A stretch of 64,000 nucleotides of DNA from Octopus sinensis (GCF_006345805.1 NC_042997.1:154318001-154382000); one strand, 5' to 3'; counted from the stretch's first letter, positions 1-11,299 are shown. Numbers and translations: made by a program. Notes: generated from the sequence alone by a model not told the origin.

Positions 1-379
1 TCAGTATTCATATTTACAGTGTTTGTGCGTATAAAAAAAGCGTTATTGTCAATTTTAAGCGAGTGTGATTTGGTAGCCTGTACTACACTTTCCTTAATGC
101 GTACGTAGTTGTATATCGATACAGACATGCACTGGGACCTCCCATCCTTGACCCAGTGGAACATTGTGGATGTGATAAGCTGGAGAGGGAGAAGGCTGCA
201 TCAAAAATAGGCTGGTGCTTATTTACAGCAGAGTAACACGAAATGAAATACCTTGCTCAAGGACACATTCAGAGAAAGGCCATTCGACTGGTTGGCTTAG
301 ATCACTTGCAGACATGTTCAAGCCTCTAGGCTACAGACGTACTGTTTTCTCATACTACTTTTTCTGCTTTTACTACAAT

Positions 380-640
380 GATCTCTGCTTCTTGGAGCTG
401 TGTGGTCTCATGCCGCTTCTACCCAGGCCCTCCCAACTTACTTGTCTCTCCTCTTCTCTCATTGTCCTCATTGGTGTTTAACCTCTAGTCCATGTAATAG
501 CTACTACATACTCTCCATCCACCTCACTATGTTCACCCTTTGAAATTCTTTCCCAGCTCATGTCATTTCCCTTATCAATGACTTGCAATAGCTTTAGTGG
601 AATAACAGCATCAATCTCAACTACTTTTGATAGCCTGCAC
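380..640 (-). mobile_element. Degenerate RTE-type LINE fragment
   Basis: Minus-strand peptide remnants resembling the RTE C-terminal region; many stops. Confidence 0.3.
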
Positions 641-657
641 TATCCCTTCCTCCAGTC

Positions 658-695
<38 letters not shown>

Positions 696-1074
696 CATAG
701 ATGCCAGTCTCTCCACCCTGCAGGTGGTGGCTGAATATACAATGTTTTATATGCATCCACTACTGGTTGCATATTCTTGACTTCTTGCACACTACATCCA
801 ACATATTACAACTATTATATAATTCTGAGCCCCCAGAAACAGCTGTTGGACATCTCACGTTAGTTTTCTATATCTTCTGTACTCCATGTAAATCTGTTCT
901 GTAAATATATAAACGTTTATATTCTTATTCATGAATGAATTCATATGTCAGATATATAATTGTTAAAGAGGACAACAAACCTTAAGGCAAGGCAAACCTC
1001 TCAAGTCATATACATTATTATTGAATTTTTTCCAATGATAATTAATGTATATATCTACAGTTGTGATTAAAGAA

Positions 1075-1330
1075 AAGCAACAGAATTAGAAAAGAAACTC
1101 CAGTTGTGAAAGCAGAACCTGGAACTGAAGGGCTTAACTTAGTAAAGTCTGAAGTTCTAATAAGCAGGAAAGCAGATAGGACACTACCCACATCAAGTAA
1201 ATGGCCTTGCTTGATTTGTAGGAAATATCTGGGTAGGAATTCAATATGGTGTGCCCAGTGCACGCTACCACATTACAGCATATATCAGTAATCATAATTA
1301 CAGCATGTATAGTCTCAACATACCATAGAT
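1075..1330 (+). mobile_element. RTE LINE ORF fragment (degenerate)
   Basis: GLNLVKSEVLISRKADRTLPTSSKWPCLICRKYLGRNSIWCAQC is homologous to the RTE copy at 47.5-47.7 kb. Confidence 0.75.
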
Positions 1331-1731
1331 TACTTTTTAAGCATGTTATAAACATAGTACATAGTCTTCTTAAGTCTTTCTGTATGGTCAACAGTCACTG
1401 ACACCTGGTTTACTGTTGTTTTCAGTGGGTCATTTTTGACGGTTTACTTCAGAGCAAAATAAGTTATTGAAATGTTGATTTCTGATACTGGTACTAAGTC
1501 ATATATTTCTGCGGGAAATATGTAATCAATTGATCAAACTAACCTCTGTATTTGACTGGTACTTCATTTATCTCTCCCCTGAAGGATAACGTGCAATGTT
1601 CACATCATCAGGATATTGCAGTCACCGTTGTTATCATTTAACATCTGTTTTTCCATGCTTGCATGAGTCAGACAGAATTTGTTGAAGCAAGTTCTCTTCT
1701 CTAGTTGGATGTACACATGCACACATATGTG

Positions 1732-1763
<32 letters not shown>

Positions 1764-1905
1764 TGATGGGCTTTTTTCAGATTTCATCTGTCAGATCTAC
1801 TCAAAAGGCTTTGATCAGCTTGGTGCTGTAGTAGAAAACACTTCTCCTGGGTGGCATGCAGTGGAATTGAACCCAGAAACATATGACTGGGAAACCAGTG
1901 TTGTA

Positions 1906-1960
1906 ATCATCATCATCATCATTGTTTAACGTCCATTTTCCATGCTAGCATCGGTTGGAC
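1906..1960 (-). mobile_element. RTE-LINE-type 3' tail ending in (GAT)n, directly downstream of the 5S fragment
   Basis: Minus strand GTCCAACCGATGCTAGCATGGAAAATGGACGTTAAACAATGATGATGATGAT, same as the tails at 2725, 19783 and 36900. Confidence 0.85.
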
Positions 1961-1975
1961 AAAACAATGTGTGAC

Positions 1976-2070
1976 GCTTCCAGCACCTAGGTTTCCCAAG
2001 CGGTCACCCATCTAAGTACTAAATTGGCTCGACGTTGCTTAACTTCAGTGATCGGACGAGAACCAGTGCT
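1976..2070 (-). pseudogene. 5'-truncated 5S rRNA copy (about 5S nt 25-119), pseudogene or SINE3 head
   Basis: Reverse complement GCACTGGTTCTCGTCCGATCACTGAAGTTAAGCAACGTCGAGCCAATTTAGTACTTAGATGGGTGACCGCTTGGGAAACCTAGGTGCTGGAAGC matches the recalled invertebrate 5S core, with box A- and box C-like segments; about 24 nt of the 5' end are missing. Confidence 0.9.
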
Positions 2071-2724
2071 TTATTTATAATAATTTGTAATTGTTCATTA
2101 TCAAAGACAATGCCTGTTTAAGAAGCTAAGCTAAACCTGACTTCCTATATCTAACAGTTGGAATATATGATCCATCTTATACAACAGATGAAATGCTTAA
2201 GGTGTTTTCCTAAATGGTAACATATGTAATTTAAGTAAGTTCTTGACTGGCTTTGTTTCCTTCTCCTGTTATTTCCTTTGATTCATTAGTCAGGATAAAA
2301 TAAGATGAGAGGTTAATCTAGTGTTAATTGAAGTGTTAGCCTCACAGTGTAACATCTGCATAAATTAGTTTTAATCAGATATAAGATAGATTAATGACTT
2401 GCAGTAACGGTTTGTGATTATTCAGCAAGACAGTGAGGGAGTTATCAGAAAGTGAGGCTAAGATGTCAAGCTTCAAACAATAGCGCTGCCACCAGAGAAG
2501 AGGATTACTATTTATAAAGGCAAAACAATGAATGTACTATTACAAAGCATTATTGTCTGTAAGCATATCTTCTCAATGAAAGGGATCTATAATCTCTGTT
2601 TTAATGCCAGTTGCACATTTTGTAATTTGTTAATCCATGTGTAGCAAACTAATAAATGTTAAGCTTGTTGAATGTTGTACTGAATATGTGAGGAATCCCT
2701 ATTTCATATACAGTCTGTGTATGA

Positions 2725-3088
2725 TTCATCATCATCATACGTCCGCTTTCCATGCTAGCATGGGTTGGACGATTTTGACTGAGGGCTGGCGAACCAGATG
2801 GCTGCACCAGGCTCCAATCTTGATTTGACAGAGTTTCTACAGCTGGATGCCCTTCCTAATGCCAACCACTCCGAGAGTGTAGTGGATGCTTTTTACGTGC
2901 CACCGGCACGGGGGCCAGTCAGGCAGTACTGGCAACGGCCTCGTTCGAATCTTTTTACACATGCCACCAGCACAGGTGCCAGTAAGGCGACTTTGGTAAC
3001 GATCATGCTCGAATGATGCCCTTTTATGTGCCACTGGCACGGAAGCCAGTTGGTTGCTCTGGCAACGATCACGGTCAGATGGTGCTTG
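2725..3088 (-). mobile_element. RTE LINE 3' UTR fragment with (GAT)n tail and internal repeats
   Basis: High identity to the copies at 10712, 16982, 19783 and 36800. Confidence 0.85.
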
Positions 3089-3127
3089 TAATTAGATATT
3101 ATAATTAATATGTGGCTCTTCTCTTAG

Positions 3128-3415
3128 TGCATGGCTTAGTAGTTAAGGCATTCATCTTACAATCATAAGGTTGTGAGTTTGATTCCTGGCAGTGAATTGT
3201 GTCCTTGAGCAAGACATTTTATCTCATGTTGCTCCAGTCCACTCAGCTGGCAAAAATGAGTTGTACTTGTATTTCAAAGGGCCAGCTTTGTCACACTGTC
3301 CTGCTGAACCTCCCTGAGAAATATGTTGAAGTTGTGTGTGTCTGTACGTTAATTTCATGAGCAGGCTATACCATTGATTGGATCAACTGCAATACTTGTC
3401 ATCATAACGAGTGCT
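3128..3415 (+). mobile_element. tRNA-derived SINE (family with the tcaaagggccagc...gttaatttcacgagcagg body)
   Basis: A-box-like TGGCTTAGTAG and B-box-like GTTTGATTCC; body shared with 23222 and 44930. Confidence 0.75.
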
Positions 3416-3507
3416 ATCAATATCAAGTCATCCCATTGATAAATGTTCTGTTATTGTAATATCTTAATTGAATGTTTATACAACCTCATTCTCACACAAG
3501 ATACCAT

Positions 3508-3868
3508 ACTCTTTACTCTTGTGACTGTGGTCATGCTGGAGCACTGCCTTTAGTCGAGCAATTCGATCCCAGGACTTATTCTTTGTAAGCCTAGTACTTA
3601 TTCTATCGGTCTCTTTTACTGAACTGCTAAGTTATGGGGACGTAGACACACCAGCATTGGTTGTCAAGTGATGTTGGGGTGACAAACACACACACATATA
3701 TATATGACGGGCTTCTTTCAGTTTCTGTCTACCAAATCCACTCACAAGGCTTTGGTCAGCCTAAGGCTATAGTAGAAGACACTTACCCAAGGTGCCATGC
3801 AGTGGGACTGAACCCGGAACCATGTGGTTCGTAAGCAAGCTACTTACCACACAGCCACTCCTACGCCT
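3508..3868 (-). mobile_element. Full-length tRNA-derived SINE, family A (CR1-like tail)
   Basis: Head GGCTGTGTGGTAAGTAGCTTGCTT...GGGTTCAGTCCC; tail AGTGCTCCAGCATGACCACAGTC..AGAGTAAAGAG; paralogues at 4199, 37932, 56010 and 63555. Confidence 0.9.
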
Positions 3869-4198
3869 ACCATGTTTAATTACAATTTATAAGTTTTTGT
3901 GTGTGTGTGTGTGTACCCTTGTCTTGACATCATCTAATGGTTGTAAACGAGCATCTCTGTCATACAAGTGGTGTTGTTAGTTTCTAGTCTTCCGTGAAAA
4001 ACAAGAGTAGCCATCGGAAAATATTATCTCATTCAGAAACAGGTTAGGGTTGGCAACAGAAATTCTTCCGCAACGAATTCTGTCTGGTATTGCTAGCATG
4101 GAAATGTGAACATTTAATATCTAAAATAAACCAGCCAGTAATATAAAGTTATCTGTAAGAGTTCAAAGAAACTTATAAGTAGAAGAAAGTTACATACA

Positions 4199-4513
4199 CG
4201 TGCAGATGTGGCAGTGTGGTAAGAAGTTTGCTTTCCAACCACATGGTTCTGAGATCAATCCCACTATGTGACACATTGGGCAACGGTCCCTACTGTAACA
4301 CTGGGCTGACTAAAACCTTGTGTGTAGATTTGGGAGGCTGAATGAAGCCCATCATATAGAAATGTATGTGTGTGTCTTTTGTTTGTTCCCCATCACCACC
4401 ATTTGACAACTGGCGTTGGGGGTTGTTTTATGTTGATTTGTTCGACTAAACCCTTCAAGGCAGTGCTCCAGCATGACCACAGTCCAGTGACTGAAACAAG
4501 TAAAAGATAAAAG
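4199..4513 (+). mobile_element. SINE family A copy (diverged)
   Basis: Same head and tail as 3508-3868, opposite orientation. Confidence 0.8.
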
Positions 4514-5067
4514 AAGAATGCCATGAAAGTTATGAATGAATTCTACACTCCAAGAAGTATATCTTACTCATTAGTTTCAATTTTTATGCCCCGTTCACAA
4601 TGTTCTATTCAAGTTATGTGTTATTCTTGTTGACTGGATCTATATATCTTAGGCTCTACATTAATCAACAGTTAGATTTCTCCCAGCCCTCTTAACATGT
4701 CTTTTCAGCTGCTGTGATTACAGCTTTCACTGTTTAATTTTGATAAGATAATAAATAGCAGCTGATCACAATAATAATGTTACTGAAGCCTATAAATAAA
4801 TTGTTAAGTACTCCAGAGCAGTGGTAGGGAGTCTTTTCTTTTTCTTCTTTTTAGTGCCAGGGGGTAAACAGTTAGTGCATACGAACTTGTGCCGGCACAT
4901 TTGTATAAAGTAAAATAATGGATCTTTAATCTTAGAAATCTATGTTTGCAGCATATACATGTGACTTTCGATTTTAAGACTTAAAATTTTTGTTCTCAAA
5001 TGAATATTTAGAGAATGAGGTGTAGATGAAATTTTGGTTGCATTCACTTTGGATTCATCATCATCAT

Positions 5068-5506
5068 TTAACTATTTGGCATTCAGATTACTTTCTCAAA
5101 TGTAGTGCTCATTTAACTCACATTCTTTTGAATTAATCATGCATTATCCTGTAGCTTTCAGATTTCAATTATGTGATTGTATATTTTTAGAAAGACTTTG
5201 TAATTATGGGGTAGTTGTTAGAAGTGAGAGCTTGACAGTTTGAACATAAAGCAGGTAGAATATTGGTTTCAAATTTTGGCACACCGCCAGCAATTTCGGG
5301 GATGGGGGAGTAAGATGATTAAATTGACCCCAGTGCTCAACTGGTACTTATTTTGTCCACCCGAGAAGGATGAAGGGCAAAGTCAGCTTCGGCAGAATTA
5401 GAACTTGGAAAGTAAAAATGGACAAAATACTGCTCGGCGTTTAGCTGAGCATGCTCACAGTTCTGCCTTGGGCTGGATATGGCTGGTTTAAAAGCTAATG
5501 GGTGAA
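5068..5506 (+). mobile_element. piggyBac-type MITE interrupted by a SINE (insert 5265-5467)
   Basis: Halves 5068-5264 and 5468-5506 match the MITE at 56637-56860; the insert matches SINE family E on the minus strand. Confidence 0.75.
5265..5467 (-). mobile_element. SINE family E copy nested in the MITE
   Basis: Core GACTTTGCCCTTCATCCTTCTCGGGTGGACAAAATAAGTACCAGTTGAGCACTGGGGTC is shared with 38352 and others. Confidence 0.8.
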
Positions 5507-5660
5507 TCATAAAAATTCATCTTGCTTCCCAACCACATGGTTTCGGGTTCAGTTCCACTGCATGACACCTTGGGCAAATGTCTTCCACTATAGCCTCAGG
5601 TCAACCAAAGTCTTAGGAGTAGATTTAGATGGAAACTGATAGAAGTTTGCCATATATAAA

Positions 5661-5663
5661 CAT

Positions 5664-5750
<87 letters not shown>
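5661..5750. repeat. (CA)n(TA)n microsatellite
   Basis: Read directly. Confidence 0.95.
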
Positions 5751-5753
<3 letters not shown>

Positions 5754-6064
5754 GAATGAATTATTCTAGTATGGATAATTCGGTTAACCGATACCCGGGT
5801 ACCAAATTTACGTCAGAAAGCACGGTTGAAGCTACATGCCAAGGGCAGAAATCACGTGCTTTCGTGTGGAAATTTGTGTGTTTTTTTTACTATAGATAAA
5901 TACACACATATATACATATAGATAAATACACACATATATACTATAGATAAATACACACATATATACATATGTATATATACATATATATATACATACACAT
6001 ATATATACGTATATATATATATACACACACATATATATATATATGCATATATATATATATACGT

Positions 6065-6975
6065 ATCATCATCATCATCATCATCATCATTTAGTGTCCG
6101 TTCTCCATGCTAGCATGGGTTGGACGGTTCAACTGGGGTCTGTGAAGCTGGAAGGCTTCATCAGGCCCAGTCAGATCTGGCAGTGTTTCTACGGCTGGAT
6201 GCCCTTCCTAACGCCAACCACTCCAGGAGTGTAGTGGGTGCTTTTTACGTGCCACCTGCACAGGTGCCAGACAGAGCTGGCAAACGGCCACGAACGGATG
6301 GTGCTTTTACGTGTCACCGGCACGGGGCCAGGCGAGGCTGGCAACGGACACGAACGGATGGTGCTTTTACGTGCCACCAACACGGGGGCCAGACAGAACT
6401 GGCAAATGGCCACGAAACGGATGGTGCTTTTATGTGTCACCAGCACGGGGGCCAGGCGAGGCTGGCAACGAACACGAACGGATGGTGCTTTTACATGTCA
6501 CCGACATGGGGGCCAGACAGGGCTGGCAAACGGCCACGAATGGATGGTGCTTTTACGTGTCACTGGCACGGGAGCCAGACAGAGCTGGCAAACGGCCACG
6601 AACGGATGGTGCTTTTACGTGTCACCGGCACGGGGGCCAGACAGAGCTGGCAAACGGCCACGAAACGGATGGTGCTTTTATGTGTCACCGGCACGGGGGC
6701 CAGGCGAGGCTGGCAACAAACACGAACGGATGGTGCTTTTACAGGGCTGGCAAACGGCTACGAACGGATGGTACTTTTACGTGTCACCTGCACGGGGGCC
6801 CTGATGTTGCTTGACCTCAATTTGGTTTGATCTTGATTTTGACTGTTCTCACTGGTCTTGCCGGGTTTTCTCACGCACAGCATACCTCCAAAGGTCTCGG
6901 TCACTGGTCATTTCCTTGGTGAGACCTAAAGTTCGAAGGTCGTGCTTCACCGCCTCGACCCAGGTTTTCCTGGGT
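6065..6975 (-). mobile_element. 5'-truncated RTE LINE: ORF end, 3' UTR with expanded minisatellite, (GAT)n tail
   Basis: ORF end GRPRKTWVEAVKHDLRTLGLTKEMTSDRDLWRYAVREKTRQDQ* (6849-6975); tail at 6065-6090; microsatellites on both flanks. Confidence 0.9.
6238..6800. repeat. ~60-63-bp GC/CpG-rich tandem repeat, about 9 units, inside the RTE 3' UTR
   Basis: GTGCTTTT recurs at 6238, 6301, 6361, 6424, 6486, 6548, 6610, 6673 and 6734. Confidence 0.95.
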
Positions 6976-6997
6976 CTACCACACACACATATATATG

Positions 6998-7051
<54 letters not shown>

Positions 7052-7079
7052 GATATATATATATATATATATATATGTG

Positions 7080-8282
7080 TGTAATGAATTTCAGACTCCT
7101 GCTGATATTCATAGCTTTGTGCGTCGTGTCAAGCTATATGCACTATTCCACTGCACTCCTCCTGCATCTAATGAATAGGACTGCTTCACCGACCTGGATC
7201 GCTGACCATCACACCGGATGCCAGCTCCTGGCCAGTTCCAAGCAGTTGATCATTTTGCAGGTATCTGTCAACACGTTGTGGACCAGTTTACTTTTCACGG
7301 GCATCTCCAACATCTGAACATCTCCCCATCTGAACTTTTGGCTCTTTGATGTCTCCAATGCCATAAAGACATTATTATAAAACCAGCTGACAAGGGTGGC
7401 GTGCAGACCTCTACTAGGCTGAAGCTCTCCGCCAACTTCAAGACACCTCCTACTGCCCTCTGCCCTTCAACCCCTATGCCTAACCACCAACAGACGGTGT
7501 CCTCCATTATCCATGACCTCATCTCCTCTTCCCATCTCCTTCCCATTGTCCGCACTTCTCGCAACCCCACCATTTACTTCCCAAGATCCACAAACCCAAC
7601 AACCCTGACTGCCCCATCGTCTCTGCCTGTAACTGCCCCGTAGAATTCATCTCTAAATACCTTGACTGTGTCCTTGCTCCCCTAGTGGCTTCCCTCCCCT
7701 CACACATCCATGACATTAACAATGCTTTTTGTCTTTTCAATTCTTTTTCCTTCCCTCCTGGTCCCTCTAAACTTCTCTTCACTCTTGATATAAAGGGTCT
7801 ATATGCAGCAATCCCACACCACGATGGACTTCTTACCTTCAAACACTACCTAGACCTTTGACCTAATCCCGAACCTGACATGTCCACACTTCTTCATCTG
7901 GCCAAACTTGTTCTCTCCCTCAACTGTTTCTCGTTCGTGGGATAGTTTTACCAATAGATTTCAGGAGTGGCCATGGGAATGAGAATGGGCCCCAACTATT
8001 CGAATCTGTTTGTTGGCTACGTTGAAGCCCAAATATTCTCACGATTCACTGGTCCCACTCCCAAACTATACAGTCATTATATTGATGACTATCAGTGCAA
8101 CCTCGCTTTCCTGCAAACAACGAGACCCCTTCCTCTCTTTTGTCCAATCTTTCCATCCTGCTCTCAAGTTCTCCTGCACTATTTGCAACACTTCTGTCGC
8201 CTTTCTTGACATTTTGGTCAACATACACCACTCCACTCTCACCACCTCCATCCACTCCAAACACACCAACTCACACTCATAC
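7080..8282 (+). mobile_element. Penelope-like element reverse transcriptase remnant (frameshifted)
   Basis: NEFQT...FVRRVKL; IIKPADKGG (7374-7400); LPKIHKP (7577-7597); IVSACNCP; GVAMGMRMGPNYSNLFVGYVE; YIDD; FLDILV. Confidence 0.9.
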
Positions 8283-8370
8283 AATAAAACAACAAGATAT
8301 GGATTTTGGTGTTAAGACTTAAAAATAAAAATTTTGTTCTCAAATGGTGAAATTTTGGTTGCTTTTGATT

Positions 8371-8760
8371 CATCATCATCCTTTAATGTCCACTTTTCCA
8401 TGCTTGTATGAATAAGTTGGAATTTTTTGGGGCAGGTTTTCTATAGCTAGATACACTTCCTGTTACAAACCCTCCCCATTTTCCAAGCAAGGTAACATTT
8501 TCCCATAGATAGACGTATTTTTCACTGATAACAGGAAATGAATAACCTCATTTGTATGACATTGGTGCTCATTTATAACCATCATGTGATGTCTAGACAA
8601 AAGTACACAAACACACATACACCCACACATACTTATATAGTAGGCTTCTTTCAGTTGCTGTCTAACAAATCCACTTACAAGGCTTTGATCAGCCTGGGGC
8701 TGCAGTAGAAGACACTTACCCAAAGTGCTGTGTAGTAGGACTGAACCCAAGACCACATGG
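8371..8760 (-). mobile_element. Composite SINE: family-A tRNA head with RTE-type (GAT)n tail
   Basis: 8590-8760 matches the family-A head; 8371-8470 ends GCATGGAAAAGTGGACATTAAAGGATGATGATGA. Confidence 0.8.
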
Positions 8761-9346
8761 TTATTGCACCTATTTGAATGCAGGCCAAAATTTCACTCAC
8801 AAGCAAGGATTTCCCCACCCCTCTTCATGTGAGATATTTCCCTCAATATAAAATTTGGCTGATCACTGAAAATGTCACATCTACATTTTTACACTGAACA
8901 AACCATAGATTGGAACTGTTGAGCAAAACTACATCAAACTGTCAGAGAATTTGTTTTTTTACTGCAGTTTATTGTTTTTACTATTTCTTTTTTATCAAAG
9001 CAGATGTAGGTAGTTTTTTTTTCATATTGTTATGATTGCATGCAATTGTTTTTGTAACCAGTCTTTAATGAGTTTACATAATTACTTCCTTCCATATTAG
9101 TTGTCTTTTCTTAATTAGTGCCACCTAGCACCTTATGTCAGCATTTCTGTTCCAGATTTTTATTTGACCTAACCTTTGCCCCATTTACCAATTTATTGTG
9201 TCAGTTTTATGGACACAATTTACATCATGTCTGTAACATTTTATTCTTTGTCTTTCACCTTTTATTTTCCTGTTATTCTCTGGGGATTGTTTCTCTCGAA
9301 CGTTACTTCTTTATTTAAGTCTTTGTCATCCAGTCTTGCAGTTTAA

Positions 9347-9582
9347 CCCTTTTCTAACTAAGTTTATGAAATACACGACATATCTATTTTAATTAAATTT
9401 TGAACATAATCAAGAATTTTTAAGGGTTTAGTAAAATAACTTTCATTATTAAGCTAATGGTTTGAACATAACTTAACAAAAGGTTCTTTCATAAATTATA
9501 ATGGAGTTTTCAATTAAAATACACATAATTTAAAATAAGTGATTTTTAGATCATAAAACCAAGCAGGTGGGTGTCAGAAAGG
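9347..9582. mobile_element. piggyBac-type MITE flanked by TTAA
   Basis: TTAA at 9343-9346 and 9583-9586; termini CCCTTTTCTAAC / GTCAGAAAGG; a related partial copy lies near 32860-33050. Confidence 0.7.
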
Positions 9583-10711
9583 TTAAACTAACTGCTGGTA
9601 TTTTGTTGCATTTTTTTATGTATATAGAAACTCCAATTATGGCTGTTGACACTAAATTGTCTTTAGTTCTTATTTAAGCATTATATTCACTGAGTGATAG
9701 GATCTACTGTTTTGTCTTTTTTCAATAAGGTCACCTTAATATACTGCCTGTTTTGTAAAATTTCAGCATTCTAAACATAGATTTACTATCAAGACTATAA
9801 TGCTATTGTCGACTACTCTTTCTTCCAGTTACATTTTGAAGGCTTTTGTTTCTACTGATCTTGGAGGTCCTTACTACCTTAGATAGTGGAAAGAAAATTA
9901 GTCTCTTAATCTTTTATGATTTGTTCCATTCAAATATCTGAAGCTCCATTGGAATGCAGTATGTTAGAAGATTGTATTAGCAATGTATCCAATGCTCAAA
10001 GTAGATACTTCTAAATATATTGAATTTATATTTCATTAGAGTAATGGTGAAATCCTAAACAAACTTGAATTTCGTAGTTCTGAAGAATTTGTTGTTCTAG
10101 AGATTCTGAAATTAGCTGCCACATCTTTTCGATGTATTGTGAATATGTCATATGGAATGTAGTATTCTTATCAATTGCCATTATTAATGATGGAAAAAAA
10201 TACCCATAGATTTTAGTAAACAAATAAGGTTTCAATGTTACTTTTTCTTGTATTTATTTAGTTTATCTTTACTTTCTGAGATCACAGATAAGGGAAGTAT
10301 AATTGAGACATGAATATTCATAACACACACAATGTGGAGACATTTGGCTCAGTTGTGCTATAGCACAATTTGACAACAGGTTTATATAATTAGTTCTGTT
10401 TTGTAGAGAAATTTATTGTTATGTTCCAGTCATACATGAATGACTTTGTAAATTATTCCCATTTGTTAAGATCCTGGGTTTTTACATCCATGAAATGGAT
10501 GGCCTTACCTTAACCATTTTGGCTGTTGTGACCTACTTTGGTTTAAAGTACATTTTATAAAAAAGAAGGAAAAAAAATGTTTGAAATATATTTACTTCTT
10601 CCAGGATAATTTGAAGAGTATTATAAGAAAATTTTTTTGTGTAATCCCTGGGTAGAAATGATCACTTTGAGAAGCCCTTGCGAAATGGGAGAGCAAGATT
10701 AATTGAAAATC

Positions 10712-11110
10712 GTCATCATCATCATCGTTTAATGTCCGTTTTTCATGCTAGCAAGGTTTGAACGATTTGACTGAGGGTTGGCGAACCAGATGGCTGCACC
10801 AGGCTTCAATCTTGATCTGGCAGAGTTTCTACAGCTGGATGCCCTTCCTAACGCCAACCACTCCGAGAGTGTAGTGGGTGCTTTTACATATCACCGGCAC
10901 AGGACCAGTCGGGCGGTACTGGCAATGACCTCACTCAAATCTTTTACACATGCCACCGGCACAGGTGCCAATAAGGCGACTTTGGTAATGATCACGCTCA
11001 AATGGTGTCTTTTACGTGCCACCGGCATGGAGGCCAGATAGCTGCTCTGGCAACGATCACGCTCGGATGGTGCTCTTAACACCCTACTAGCACAGGGCTC
11101 GAGTGCCAAA
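10712..11110 (-). mobile_element. RTE LINE 3' UTR fragment
   Basis: Same family as 2725. Confidence 0.85.
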
Positions 11111-11299
11111 GTTTTTTAAAATTAATAATTCAAAGACACCTTAGGATATGGTTTTAGTGTGTTTGTGTGTGTGTACATGCATGTGTATGTATATATATGT
11201 GTATATATGCATACCTTCATTATTGTTATTTTGATGTCGACTTTTCCATGCTTGGAAGAGTTAGACAATGGCCAGTTGGTGCAGAGTTCCATAGCTGGA

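Noticed and set aside
6238-6800. CRISPR-like regular spacing
   Set aside because: Whole units are repeated with no unique spacers; eukaryotic retroelement context; no cas genes.
6120-6830. Long ORFs (236, 188 and 167 aa) in all three + frames
   Set aside because: They arise from the stop-free GC-rich tandem repeat, antisense to an RTE 3' UTR; the peptides are repetitive and recur in every paralogous fragment.
10026-10235. Exon-like segment open on both strands (+ SNGEILNKLEFRSSEEFVVLEILKLAATSFR after an AG at 10039; - 69-aa ORF)
   Set aside because: No recognisable homology, weak donors and no phase-compatible partner exons; a protein search would be needed to revive it.
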